39,395 bases of DNA from Planctomycetota bacterium (GTDB lineage Bacteria; Planctomycetota; Planctomycetia; JALXBF01), in the NCBI GenBank assembly GCA_026991575.1, contig JALXBF010000164.1, forward strand, positions 1 through 39,395. Reading direction: 5' to 3'. Position numbers and translations under genes: made by a program. The notes under the pieces are model-generated. The model did not search any database. It was not told the origin of the DNA and saw only the letters and a list, made by a program, of their open reading frames with translations. Of this stretch, positions 8,550 to 18,747 are shown one piece after another; within the stretch, counting starts at the first letter, position 1; every line of letters starts with the position of its first letter.

Positions 8550-10889
8550 ATGGAGCGGCCAAACGATCGTCGCAGGTTATTGCCCGTTGTCGACGCCGCG
8601 GCCGAATGGCGCGCTCGACTGACCTGGCTGACCACGGCCTGGATCCTGTTCCTGGGCCTAACGGGCCTGGCACTCTATCTGCTGCCGTTCAGCGAGTTTA
8701 CCCAGTTCAGCCTGCTGGTGCATACGATCGTCGGCGTTGTCCTACTGGTGCCGGTGCTCTGGTACAGCACCCGTCACTTTCTACAGCGGTATCGTGGCAA
8801 GCTGAGTCACTATCAGGTGACGGGCTACGTAGCCGTTGGACTCCTGCTGGTGTGCATCGTCAGTGGTCTGGTGCTGACCTACGAAGGGCTTTTTTCGATT
8901 CGCCGCAGCTATGTCTGGCACCTGATCCACCTGCTTACCGGGCTGACGGTTCTGGCGGCCACGGTTGTTCACTTGATTGCCGTGGCGGTTCGCCCGGTAG
9001 CCGAGGGGGAATCGCGCCAGCGGCTGCGGCAGGCACAGGGGCATTTTGCCAAGCTGACCATTGTTGCAACGTTCCTGGCGTTTGTGCCCGTGTTCGTCTG
9101 GATGGCTGCCTATGAGACCCCTGATCCGTGGAAGCCATTCCCGGAGGACTATAACTGGCGCTTCGGCGAGGACCGACCGTTCGCACCGAGCAACGCGCGT
9201 GCTGACTACTCGGAGTGGATCGAGTCGTTTACCGGCGAGATTGCCGCGTTGTTGTCGGAGGAGCAGGCCGAGCGGTTCCAGGAGCTGCTCAAAGATGTGG
9301 CTTACGACATTAACGGTCCATTCGCCCGAGTGCGTTCGGCGTTGGCGGAGTTGGAGGTTGGCGCCGAGGTGCGCGAGGAGGCGGAGAGGATCATGAAGAA
9401 GGCGGCGCATGTCTTACGGCAACGCGGTGCGCTGAAGGAGTCCATCCTGGCCAACTCAAAGCGGTGCGGCACCAGCGGTTGCCATGAGGAGATTTACCGC
9501 GAATGGCTGCCGTCGGCCCATCGGTACTCTTCGATGGACCACATGTTCCAGGCGGTCCAGGAAATCATGGCCAAGGAACGCTCACCGGAGCACACCCGCT
9601 ACTGTGCCGGTTGCCATGACCCGATCTCGCTGCTGGCGGGAGCCAAGAATCCGAACAACATCACGCTCAGTGTCGAAGGTGCCGACGAAGGCTCGTCCTG
9701 TGTCGTCTGCCACTCGATCGTTCAAACCGATACGCAGGGCAACGCCGATTACACGATCCGGCCGCCGATCAAGTACGTCTACGAAGCCGACGACGGCAAG
9801 CTGGCCCAGATCATCAGCGACTTCCTGATCCGAACCTATCCGGATCACCACATCGCCTCGTACTCGCGGCCGCTGTACAAGACGCCGGAGTACTGTGCCG
9901 CGTGCCACAAGCAGTACATCGACACAGAGGTCAACCTGGATATCGGCCGCGTCCAGGGTCAGAACCAGTACGACAGCTGGAAGAACAGCCGTTGGAACAA
10001 AGGACCTCACTCGGACAAGACGCTCGAATGCCGTGAGTGTCACATGCCGCTGTTGCCCGGCGTCGAGCCGGCAGCAGGCGACCTGGTCGATGCCTACCGC
10101 TCTCCGGACGATGGCCTCCATCGTAGCCATCGCTTCCTGGCGGCGAACCAGTACATGCCCGAGGACCTGAAGTTGGCCGGGGCCAAAGAGCACACAGAGT
10201 TGATCATCAAGTGGCTGCGCGGTGAGTATGAAGTGCCCGAGATCAAGGACAAGTGGACCGAAGGACCTGTGGTGAAAATGCAGCTCATGGTCCCCGAGGA
10301 GGTTCGGCCCGGAGAGGAACTACTGGTCAGGGTGGTGCTGACCAACAACAAGACCGGTCACGACTTCCCAACCGGGCCACTCGACATGATCGAGAGCTGG
10401 GTGGAGCTGCGAATTGAGGATGGTGAGGGCAAGGTGCTGTATCATGCCGGTGCCGTGCAACCGAATGATTTCCTCAAGGATCCGCTGTTCTGGTTCAAGG
10501 CGGACCTGTTCGACCGTGAAGGCAAGCTCGTCGACCGCCACAACCTGTGGGACGTGGTCGGCGCGAAGTACAAACGGGCCCTGTACCCAGGCATGACCGA
10601 CGTGGAGACGATCAAGCTGCTGTGTCCCTCGATGGCACGGCCGCGGCTTCTGCCGGCCGACGGCAGGCCGGGACAGCGTGTCGACAAGTTTGCGGTGAAG
10701 TTGCCCGAGGATATCGTCGGGACGGAACTGCGCGTCAAGGCGGTGCTCTGGTACCGGAAAGCGAATCCGGAGTTCCTGACCGCGGTCTACGGGGTCGACA
10801 CCAAGGAACGGTCGCCGCGCACGGCGATGACGGAAGCGGAGGCGCGCATCAAGGTGGTAGGCTATGAGCGACTTTCGGTTGCTAAGTAA
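8550..10889 (+). CDS. Membrane-anchored multiheme c-type cytochrome (c554-like) with N-terminal His-containing TM domain
   Basis: About 5 N-terminal hydrophobic helices. Heme motifs CAGCH, CVVCH, CAACH and CRECH plus non-canonical CGTSGCH. C-terminal TGHDFPTG motif. SD GAGGTG upstream. Confidence 0.88.
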   Translation: MERPNDRRRLLPVVDAAAEWRARLTWLTTAWILFLGLTGLALYLLPFSEFTQFSLLVHTIVGVVLLVPVLWYSTRHFLQRYRGKLSHYQVTGYVAVGLLLVCIVSGLVLTYEGLFSIRRSYVWHLIHLLTGLTVLAATVVHLIAVAVRPVAEGESRQRLRQAQGHFAKLTIVATFLAFVPVFVWMAAYETPDPWKPFPEDYNWRFGEDRPFAPSNARADYSEWIESFTGEIAALLSEEQAERFQELLKDVAYDINGPFARVRSALAELEVGAEVREEAERIMKKAAHVLRQRGALKESILANSKRCGTSGCHEEIYREWLPSAHRYSSMDHMFQAVQEIMAKERSPEHTRYCAGCHDPISLLAGAKNPNNITLSVEGADEGSSCVVCHSIVQTDTQGNADYTIRPPIKYVYEADDGKLAQIISDFLIRTYPDHHIASYSRPLYKTPEYCAACHKQYIDTEVNLDIGRVQGQNQYDSWKNSRWNKGPHSDKTLECRECHMPLLPGVEPAAGDLVDAYRSPDDGLHRSHRFLAANQYMPEDLKLAGAKEHTELIIKWLRGEYEVPEIKDKWTEGPVVKMQLMVPEEVRPGEELLVRVVLTNNKTGHDFPTGPLDMIESWVELRIEDGEGKVLYHAGAVQPNDFLKDPLFWFKADLFDREGKLVDRHNLWDVVGAKYKRALYPGMTDVETIKLLCPSMARPRLLPADGRPGQRVDKFAVKLPEDIVGTELRVKAVLWYRKANPEFLTAVYGVDTKERSPRTAMTEAEARIKVVGYERLSVAK

Positions 10890-12690
10890 ACGCTATCGTC
10901 TGCTGATCACATGGTCTGTGGTGCTGACCATGAGCATGGCAGCCCTTGGGGCGCTGGGCCTTTTCGCCCTCCGCCCCAAGGACCCCTATCTGGCGCTGAA
11001 AACGGAGGGCAAGATCGAGGGCCTGACCAGCAGGTTCGAACGGAAGCTTGACGAAGAGTTGGTCCGGCTCCGTTTCGAGGAGGTCGCCGAGGATGTCGGC
11101 GTTCGGTTCCGCCACTTCCCGGCGGTCCGCAATTCGCTGCTCCCGGAAGACATGGGGTCAGGGGTTGCCTGGGGAGACTACGATGGCGATGGCGACCCGG
11201 ACCTGCTGCTGGTGAACTTCGCCGGCTCAATCCTGAACTCGCCGGAGCAGTCCGGGCCGGAAGGGGCCTGCGCGCTGTTCCGTAACCACGGCGGCCGGTT
11301 CGAGCCAGTTGCCGCTGCAGCGGGCCTGGACCTGAAACTGTTCGGCATGGGAGCAAGCTGGGGGGACTTCGACAACGACGGCTTCCCCGACCTGTACATC
11401 TCTGCCTATGGCAACAACCATCTGCTGCTCAACAACGGCGACGGAACGTTCGTCGACGTGACGGATGAGGCCGGGGTAAACGACCCGCGGTTCAGCGCCA
11501 GCGTTGCCTGGGCAGACTACGACCGTGACGGCGATCTGGATCTGTATGTGTGCAACTACGTGGCATTCGAATACAGCGAGGAGGATCTGGGCAAACTTTC
11601 CAAACAGTACGGTGAGGAGATCCCATTTACGATCAACCCGACGGTCTACCCCCCTCAGCCAAATGCACTGTTCCAGAACGACGGTCGTGGGCATTTTCGC
11701 GACGTTGCCGATGAGGTCGGGGTCGCCGACCCGAAAGGCAAGTCCCTCGCCGTTGCCTGGTTTGATTTCGACAACGATGGCTGGCTAGATATCTACGTGG
11801 CCAACGACATCTCGGCCAACGGTGTCTACCGCAACCGGGGCGACGGCACGTTCGAGGACATCGGTGCTAGCTCCTTGGCGGCCGACTACCGGGGGGCTAT
11901 GGGAGTTGCCGTGGGCGACTTCGATCTGGACCGAGACATGGATATGCTCGTTACCCACTGGCTGGCCCAAGAGAACGCCTTCTTTGTGAACATGTTCTCC
12001 AAGGGGGTGGTGGACAAACACGGCAACCGGGTGCTGTTCTTCGTCGATGAGTCCGACCGGTACGGCCTCGGCCAGATCTCGATCAAACCAGTGGGATGGG
12101 CGACGAGCTTCGTCGACTTCGACAATGACGGACTCCTGGATCTCTGGGTCGTCAACGGTGACACACTCCAGGTACCGTCCAACCCGCGGCTGCTCCGGCC
12201 GCAGCAGATGCACCTCTTCGAACAGCGTGCTCCGAATGGTTTCTTCCAGGTCGCCGCTCAGGCCTGTCCGGAGCTGGCAGAGCCGTTCGTCGGTCGTGGC
12301 GGTGCCCACGCTGATTTCGATGGCGACGGTCGCGTTGACCTGGCCGTTCTGGTGCACAGCGGTCAGCCGAAACTCCTCCGCAACGTCACGCCGCACCCAG
12401 AACACTGGATCCAGGTGCGTCTGGTCGGCTCCACAGCAAACCGCGGAGCGTACGGGGCACGCATCGAAGTCACCACCGGCCAGCGGACTCAGATCTGCCA
12501 GGTCGCATCTCAGGCACCATACCTGTCCCAGAACTACCAGACAATTCACGTCGGGCTGGGCCAGCACAACGCTGCTGACCGGTTGACCGTGATCTGGCCT
12601 GATGGCAGTCGTACAACGCTGGAGAATGTGCCTGCCGATCGCACCATCACGCTGCGCCAACACGCGGCCGTCACGACCGCGACTGAGTAG
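10864..12690 (+). CDS. CRTAC1-family protein (FG-GAP/VCBS repeats + ASPIC/UnbV domain)
   Basis: N-terminal TM helix, repeated GDYDGDGDPDL/DFDNDG.DLY motifs, and a C-terminal NRGAYGARIEV...YLSQN...IHVGLG...IWPDG ASPIC/UnbV signature. Overlaps the upstream cytochrome gene by 26 nt. Confidence 0.92.
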   Translation: MSDFRLLSKRYRLLITWSVVLTMSMAALGALGLFALRPKDPYLALKTEGKIEGLTSRFERKLDEELVRLRFEEVAEDVGVRFRHFPAVRNSLLPEDMGSGVAWGDYDGDGDPDLLLVNFAGSILNSPEQSGPEGACALFRNHGGRFEPVAAAAGLDLKLFGMGASWGDFDNDGFPDLYISAYGNNHLLLNNGDGTFVDVTDEAGVNDPRFSASVAWADYDRDGDLDLYVCNYVAFEYSEEDLGKLSKQYGEEIPFTINPTVYPPQPNALFQNDGRGHFRDVADEVGVADPKGKSLAVAWFDFDNDGWLDIYVANDISANGVYRNRGDGTFEDIGASSLAADYRGAMGVAVGDFDLDRDMDMLVTHWLAQENAFFVNMFSKGVVDKHGNRVLFFVDESDRYGLGQISIKPVGWATSFVDFDNDGLLDLWVVNGDTLQVPSNPRLLRPQQMHLFEQRAPNGFFQVAAQACPELAEPFVGRGGAHADFDGDGRVDLAVLVHSGQPKLLRNVTPHPEHWIQVRLVGSTANRGAYGARIEVTTGQRTQICQVASQAPYLSQNYQTIHVGLGQHNAADRLTVIWPDGSRTTLENVPADRTITLRQHAAVTTATE

Positions 12691-12898
12691 CAGCCGGCCC
12701 TGTCTGCTCCAGTTAGCCAGCCAGACTGCCCCGGTAGCTGCCCGCCGGACCGAGGCGGCCCAGAGCGGCGTGGTAAAGGGAGGGCCGGTGAAGGGCAGTC
12801 GACGGCGAAACCGCCAGGCAGGTGAACCAAAACGCTCCTGCCGGCCAGACGTGTTGTCTATCCGGACGCTGCCATATGACGCTTTGCCAACGCCGGCG

Positions 12899-13405
12899 TT
12901 AACCAGTCCTCGAGCCAGCGGAACTTCGCTGAGTGCGCTTGCGTCCGCGCGACTGCTTGCCGTTGGTGGTGACGGTCAGGTCGCGCGCCAGCTTATCCAG
13001 CGTATGCTGCGCGAGCAGCTTGAGGAAGTCGTGCTCGATCGTACGGATCCTTAGCGACAGCCGGCAGATGTTCTGACGAGGACACTCCGGCTCGAGGGAC
13101 AGGCCGCAGCGATCAAGCTGGACGCCTTCCAGCGCCGTGTATACCTCACGCAGGCTGGTTTCCTCAGGCGGACGTGCAAGCGAGTAGCCCCCGGCAACAC
13201 CTCGGTGGCTCCGTACCAGCCCCGCCCGCACCAGCTGCTGCAAGACAGCGGACAGGTAGGTGCGCGACGCCGACGGCCAGATACTCTGCATCCAGGCCGC
13301 AAGCTCCGGTAGGGTCGTCACCTCACCGAACCGCTTCTTGGCCATATACGCAAGTGCGTGAGCGGCGTAACCGAACCGCTGGGAAAAGAGTTGGCCAACA
13401 GCCAT
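12899..13405 (-). CDS. Rrf2-family transcriptional regulator with three C-terminal cysteines
   Basis: YL..VLQQLVRAGLVRSHRGVAGGYSLARPPEETSLREVYTALEG is the Rrf2 wHTH signature, followed by C-x7-C-x5-C. SD GGAG upstream. Confidence 0.92.
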   Translation of the reverse strand: MAVGQLFSQRFGYAAHALAYMAKKRFGEVTTLPELAAWMQSIWPSASRTYLSAVLQQLVRAGLVRSHRGVAGGYSLARPPEETSLREVYTALEGVQLDRCGLSLEPECPRQNICRLSLRIRTIEHDFLKLLAQHTLDKLARDLTVTTNGKQSRGRKRTQRSSAGSRTG

Positions 13406-13937
13406 GGTGCACTCCAGGCACGGCGAGACCCGAAAGCATTGAACCTCTACTGAGATTCTACCCTACGGCCTGCTCCCCTGGCGGCTGGCTCTCCCGCTGA
13501 AGCGTCCTGCCGGGGCGCGACCTGCCCGATCGGCCTAACGCCCGCTGCAGTCTATGGATCAACGGTTCAAGGGACAGATGGCAAGTCCATGCACGATCGC
13601 ATCACCGTCCTATGGTCGCACACCACTAGGGGCGCGCACACTGGCATGAACGACTCTGCGACGAGAGGGTAAGGACCGGAGGTCTCCGCGGGTGACGCTT
13701 CCGGAGAATGGCTGAGCGAGGCGGCAGAGGACGGCAGGCCACGTGCTCTACAAGAGAGCTAGTGCATATGGCGAAAAGCCCGCCCCACGGCTCAAGCGCC
13801 ACTGGAGCTCACCAGGCGTGGACCGAACCGCTAACAACCCACGACTGATTCCCGCGGTGGACGGTGCGCCGTGGTCCTCAGGATCCGAAGCAGCCACTGG
13901 ATGCGGGCTGCGCGAGCGTCCGCGGTCACCGGTGCCA

Positions 13938-14738
13938 CTAGGCGATGGCGCGGCGTCGAGTAGTGCGGCGGGTTGCCGGAACGGATTTCTTTCTGGCCTT
14001 GCTCCGGGCGCTGACCTTGACGACCGCTTTCTGTGTCTTGCGACTTCCCGAAGCGGAGGCTGTCTTTTTCTTGGCCTGGCGCTTGGAACCGGCCTGAGTC
14101 GCACGCTTCGCCACGGTCCGTGCCGCGCTGCTCTTGGCAGCCGTCTTCGTTGCCGCACGTCGCGGGCTCGCTGTCTTGCTTGCCTTCGCCCCCGCCTTCT
14201 TCGCGGACGTCGTTCGCGATGCTTTCGACTGCTTGCGACTGGCCGTGCTACCGGCTCTGGTCCGCGTCCCCTTGCGCCCGCCCGACGACTTGGCCCGATG
14301 GTACTTCACGCGGACCACGTAGTCCATCGAATGGGCCGGCATCACGATGCCGCTCTCGTCACTGTCACCCGTGCACTCGATGGCACCAGAGCGACGCCGG
14401 CCGTGGCGCTGGATCACCTCGCTGACGACGTCGTTCAAGCTGATCAGCGCTCCCTCAATCGGGCAGCGCAATTCGAATAGCGCAAAGGAGTCGGCCGTGA
14501 CGTGGCGGACGCGCCGCTGGACGGGGCGGCCATCGGTGTCGTGAAACACCGTCTCGAGAGTGATCTCTTCGACCTGAGGATAACGCTCACTGACGAGCCC
14601 GGCTTCGCGTTGCCGTTCTCTCAGGGCCTCAAGGCGTGCCGACTGCCTACTGTTGAATCCCACTTGGAAATGCCCCTCGCTGTCTCTCCGCAATGTAACC
14701 AGTTCAGTACCGGACTCGCTACCATGCGCCGCTGCCAT
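13938..14738 (-). CDS. Hypothetical protein with C-terminal K/A/R/S/T-rich histone H1-like tail
   Basis: Globular-looking N-terminal ~145 aa followed by ~120 aa of basic low-complexity sequence (SAKKAGAKASKTASPRRAATKTAAK...). The start could be GTG/TTG at 14768 or ATG at 14738. Confidence 0.7.
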   Translation of the reverse strand: MAAAHGSESGTELVTLRRDSEGHFQVGFNSRQSARLEALRERQREAGLVSERYPQVEEITLETVFHDTDGRPVQRRVRHVTADSFALFELRCPIEGALISLNDVVSEVIQRHGRRRSGAIECTGDSDESGIVMPAHSMDYVVRVKYHRAKSSGGRKGTRTRAGSTASRKQSKASRTTSAKKAGAKASKTASPRRAATKTAAKSSAARTVAKRATQAGSKRQAKKKTASASGSRKTQKAVVKVSARSKARKKSVPATRRTTRRRAIA

Positions 14739-14865
14739 CCCTGGGGTGGCCGGCTCGCGGCCGACCAAGCCTCGCCCCGTCCCACCGTGTCGCTACCATT
14801 ATACGCGACAAGGGTTGCGCGTGCCAGTCCGCAACACACTGCTGTTGTCAACTTGATGGCGCACG

Positions 14866-16371
14866 CTAGGCGTCCCCCAGAGCCACACCGAGAACGTCCG
14901 TCTTAGGCAGCCCGGGATGTGGCAGACACAGTAGACTGGCGGCCAGAAACATTCCGGCCCAGGGTTGACGAAGAAGGTGAACGTCTTCCAGGACCGCCGA
15001 ACTCAACTTGTAGTCGTGAGGATCGCTTGCGTGCAGGAGCGTCGTTTCCCGGACCATCCGTTCCAGGGTACGTGCTTCGGAGACGTGCCCGTTGAGCACG
15101 CATGCCAAGCGTATCGCTTCCTCTGCCCGGCCGACGGCCAGCAGTTCCATGACCTTTGCTGCGTCGGTCGGTTCCATCGGCTGCTCAGCCACAAGGTCCT
15201 GGAGCCGCCGGTCTGCCACGCGGCCGCGACTCGCCATGGTGTGCCGGAATAGTGGCAGGAATGACGCATTCTGCAGCAGCAGGATGCGGCGCGTTTCGGC
15301 ATCCTCGGCCACCTGATAGAGCTGGTGGATGGCGTTCGTTGTTGTCACTGCATGCAGTGCGACGATGCCCGGCTGCCGATACACCAACTCTGCGGCCGCG
15401 GCAAACAGACCATCCCAGAGGGATCGGGGCGAGACGCCTCGGTTCAGTAGATCCAGAACCAGCTTAGCAGCCTCGGCTGCATCGGCATCGTGGAGCTCCT
15501 GTACCAGGGCGGCGGTTGCTTCGTCATCGACGCGGCCTACTGCCCAGTCCGATCGGACCTTCCGCACCAGCCGGCGGTTCAAGCGCCATGGACGGTCCGC
15601 AACGTGGTCGCCGCGCACAGGGTCCTCTCCATAGCGGTTCAAGAGCGCGTAGACCAGCGACCGGACCACAGGCTCGGCATGCTCCGGGCCGATGGCCTGC
15701 AGCGTCCGGTATGCGTTGGCAACGAAGATCGCCTTGTGACCTATCGCCCGGTAGTCTCGCGCCGCGTACCGGAACAGGACCTCGAACACCTCATTCAAGC
15801 CGGCCGACCGCACAAGGGCCGCCGCAGCCACGTCGGCCGCAGCTTCGTCCCACCGCTCCAAGGCGTCAACCAGTGCCGTTCTGGCCCGATGCGGAGGCGG
15901 CAGTCGTTGCTCATCGACGGGTGCCATCACCCAGTCCCCCTCCCGTTCATCCTGTGCCTGGCACCGCTTGAAGTACTGCGCTGCCCAGAGAACGGGTAGC
16001 CAGCGCAGACGATCCGGCGCTTCCAGTGCGGCAAGGTGGCAGGAGTGCACCACCAACACGGTATGGAACTTATACCCCACGTGCGGGCGGGGTTGCACGT
16101 TTCGCACACCTGCAAGCAGCAGCGCGGCAACCAGCTCGCGATACCGGATCACGCCCGCTCTGATCCTGTGAGCCAGTTCCGGGAGCAGCCGTTCTGCGGG
16201 GGTATCTTCCAGGAAGCGGACCAGTGGAGCCAGCTGAGGGGCAACCTTGACGGCGGACCGGATCCGTCGGGCCTCGGCCTTCGCCACCGGCGGCAGCCCA
16301 CCGACCAGTCCGGCACAGCCGGCCGCCAGGCCGGCAGCCAGAAATTCCCGACGCCCCAATCGTACTTGCAC
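14866..16371 (-). CDS. Tat-exported all-alpha hypothetical protein
   Basis: Twin-arginine signal GRREFLAAGLAAG, SD AGGAGG before the GTG start, and a 501-aa ORF with several His-containing motifs. Confidence 0.8.
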   Translation of the reverse strand: MQVRLGRREFLAAGLAAGCAGLVGGLPPVAKAEARRIRSAVKVAPQLAPLVRFLEDTPAERLLPELAHRIRAGVIRYRELVAALLLAGVRNVQPRPHVGYKFHTVLVVHSCHLAALEAPDRLRWLPVLWAAQYFKRCQAQDEREGDWVMAPVDEQRLPPPHRARTALVDALERWDEAAADVAAAALVRSAGLNEVFEVLFRYAARDYRAIGHKAIFVANAYRTLQAIGPEHAEPVVRSLVYALLNRYGEDPVRGDHVADRPWRLNRRLVRKVRSDWAVGRVDDEATAALVQELHDADAAEAAKLVLDLLNRGVSPRSLWDGLFAAAAELVYRQPGIVALHAVTTTNAIHQLYQVAEDAETRRILLLQNASFLPLFRHTMASRGRVADRRLQDLVAEQPMEPTDAAKVMELLAVGRAEEAIRLACVLNGHVSEARTLERMVRETTLLHASDPHDYKLSSAVLEDVHLLRQPWAGMFLAASLLCLPHPGLPKTDVLGVALGDA

Positions 16372-16709
16372 GATCCACCTCCTGCGCTCAGCTTGTTGCA
16401 GCCACGATGACCCTGCCTCTATGGTACCGCAGCCGGGCTCGAACTCGCTTCAGACATGCCGGACTGAGCCTCTCTGATCACACACGCGGTAACGTGGGAG
16501 GAAAACACCGGTAGCCGGTATCCGTCGCAGTGTTGGCCAACGGGACCGGGGCGGATCCTCCTTTACCTATGAATAATTGCGACACCACCACGGTTTGCCT
16601 CGTGGGCTGCCGCGCGTCGGCCGCTCAGCGCCGGGTGCACGCGCTCGCCCTGGCGTCAACGCTTCTGGTGGTAATGGTCGATTCACCTGGATGCATCCGA
16701 CGGTGATCC

Positions 16710-18395
16710 ATGCGCTGGATCTCGGACCGCGGAATCACGGCAACGGTCGTTGCTCTGGCTGCTGCCCCGCTGTTCTTCTATGGGCTGGGTGCGCAACCCC
16801 TCTGGCAGGACGAGGCCCACACAGCCCTCCTCGGGCGGCACACGCTGCGCTGGGGGCTGCCGTACGTCGGCACTGGTGCTGAGAGTGCCTCGGCCCTGGC
16901 TGGCAAAGATGCGGGCTGGGGGGGTGTCTTCCTGCACATCCCGCCGATGCAGAGCTACCTTGCTGCACTCTCGTTCGGCCTGTTCGGTGAATCGGCCTGG
17001 GCCGCGCGCTTGCCTTTTGCGCTCTGCGGATGGCTGTGCGTGCTGTTGCTGCCCTGGGCGCTCGGTGGGCGCGTCGACCGAGTGACCGCCATCTGGAGCC
17101 AGCTAGTCTTGGCAACCCATGTGCCGTTTCTGCTCCACATGCGTCAATGTCGTTACTACGCGCCTGCGGCCGTGCTATCACTGGTGGCGTTTGGGCTGGC
17201 ACGACGCCTGGTTGAGCGGCGGGATGGTGTCGGAACGAACCGCCGCATGGCGCTGGCGCTGGCTGCGACGTTGGTTGCCTTGACGCTGACGTACGAGTTC
17301 GCATGGGCCGCCGCGGCGGCAACGGTCGCCTTTGCTTGTGGCTGGTCGACGCTGCGTTCTCGGTCGCTCCGACCTGCAATCGGGTGCGGCACGGCAGTGG
17401 CCGTCTCGTCACTGGCCGCAGCGGGCTGGCTCTGGTTGGCATCGTCGGCTCCGTCCAGGCAGGCCGGCCCGGGCACCAACGTCAACCCCCACTTCCCCCA
17501 GTTTCCCTGGTACTACCTGGGAGTGCTCAACGGCTACGGTGTACCGCTGCTATGGCTTCTGTTCTTGTGCCTGCCGCTGGGCGTGGCCGCGACGCTGCGC
17601 AGCCGGTGGCGCGGAGGCCGGGAAACCGTGGACCAACAGCTTGCGCTGTGGGAACTGGTCGTCCTGGGCTTTATGCAGACTTTGGTGCTTTCGGTCGTCT
17701 GCACCTATACGCGAAACGGATTCCCACGCTACATCGTGCCGGCGTTTCCCGCGGCGGTCGCTGCCGCGGTTGCCCTCGTGCGCCTCGCCGGCAGCCTGGC
17801 TCAACGGAGCACGGCGTGGCAGCAACTCGTGACGGCCGGGGCCTGTCTGGTCATGGCATCCGGGCAATGGAGTTTTCGAGCCTCCACTGTCGCGTCGTTC
17901 TGGCCCTGGGAGCAGTGGCTGGAGGCACACACGGGCGTGACCTGGTCCAGGCGAAACGACGTGCACCTGCTTTCATACCTCCGAGAGTTGCAGAAGCCGC
18001 CGCAAGGACCCGTGGCCGCATGCCTGCGGTTCCTCAACCAGGCTGCCCGGCCAGGTGAAACGCTGGTTGCCGAGTACAGCGAGAAGCCACTCAAATTCCA
18101 CACGCCGCTTGCCGTCTACGGCGGCGAAACGGGCGCCTACCCGGACCGCCCACCGGACTGGATCTGGGTGCGACCGTTTCTACGGTTATGGGGTGAGGTG
18201 GCCCAGACCCGTAGCTGGCTGACGGCCAACGTGGACCTGTCCCAGTACGACCGCATCGTGTTACGCGGCGTCTACGATTCGCTCTGGGAAAACCGACCGC
18301 ACCCGGAGTGGCACGTGTTCTCAGACGAGTATCGCGCGATCTTTCCCCACACGCGTCCGATGCTCATCCTGTATCGCCGTCGCCCCGAACCTTGA
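16710..18395 (+). CDS. GT-C fold membrane glycosyltransferase (ArnT/PMT-like, GT39/GT83-like)
   Basis: LWQDEAHTA motif after TM1, HIPPMQSYL, FG.SAWAARLPFAL and RQCRYYA motifs, and many TM helices. Confidence 0.82.
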   Translation: MRWISDRGITATVVALAAAPLFFYGLGAQPLWQDEAHTALLGRHTLRWGLPYVGTGAESASALAGKDAGWGGVFLHIPPMQSYLAALSFGLFGESAWAARLPFALCGWLCVLLLPWALGGRVDRVTAIWSQLVLATHVPFLLHMRQCRYYAPAAVLSLVAFGLARRLVERRDGVGTNRRMALALAATLVALTLTYEFAWAAAAATVAFACGWSTLRSRSLRPAIGCGTAVAVSSLAAAGWLWLASSAPSRQAGPGTNVNPHFPQFPWYYLGVLNGYGVPLLWLLFLCLPLGVAATLRSRWRGGRETVDQQLALWELVVLGFMQTLVLSVVCTYTRNGFPRYIVPAFPAAVAAAVALVRLAGSLAQRSTAWQQLVTAGACLVMASGQWSFRASTVASFWPWEQWLEAHTGVTWSRRNDVHLLSYLRELQKPPQGPVAACLRFLNQAARPGETLVAEYSEKPLKFHTPLAVYGGETGAYPDRPPDWIWVRPFLRLWGEVAQTRSWLTANVDLSQYDRIVLRGVYDSLWENRPHPEWHVFSDEYRAIFPHTRPMLILYRRRPEP

Positions 18396-18747
18396 CAGGC
18401 GCTCGACTGGCAGCCGTTCACCCGACGATCGGAACCTCCCCGGTTCGCGTTGGCCGCCAAACGAACCAGACGTCGTGGCCGTGGGTCGCTTCAGCCTCTC
18501 GGACAGGAGTGATTAGCGGCTCGGAACGCATGCTGCCGGCCGCCAACTAGCCGTCGACACGCTTGCCCGGCTGCGGATGGCCGACGACGTTGCCTACGCC
18601 GGGTCGGCGTGAACCGGTCGTGTTGTCCGCGGAAATGGAGTTCCGCCCTGGCCGGCAGCGATGCTTGCACTCCGGCGTTCCGCTCTGCTACGGTTGAGGC
18701 CAGCCTGCCCGTTCTTGGACATGCACACGCATTATGAACCCGGAACG

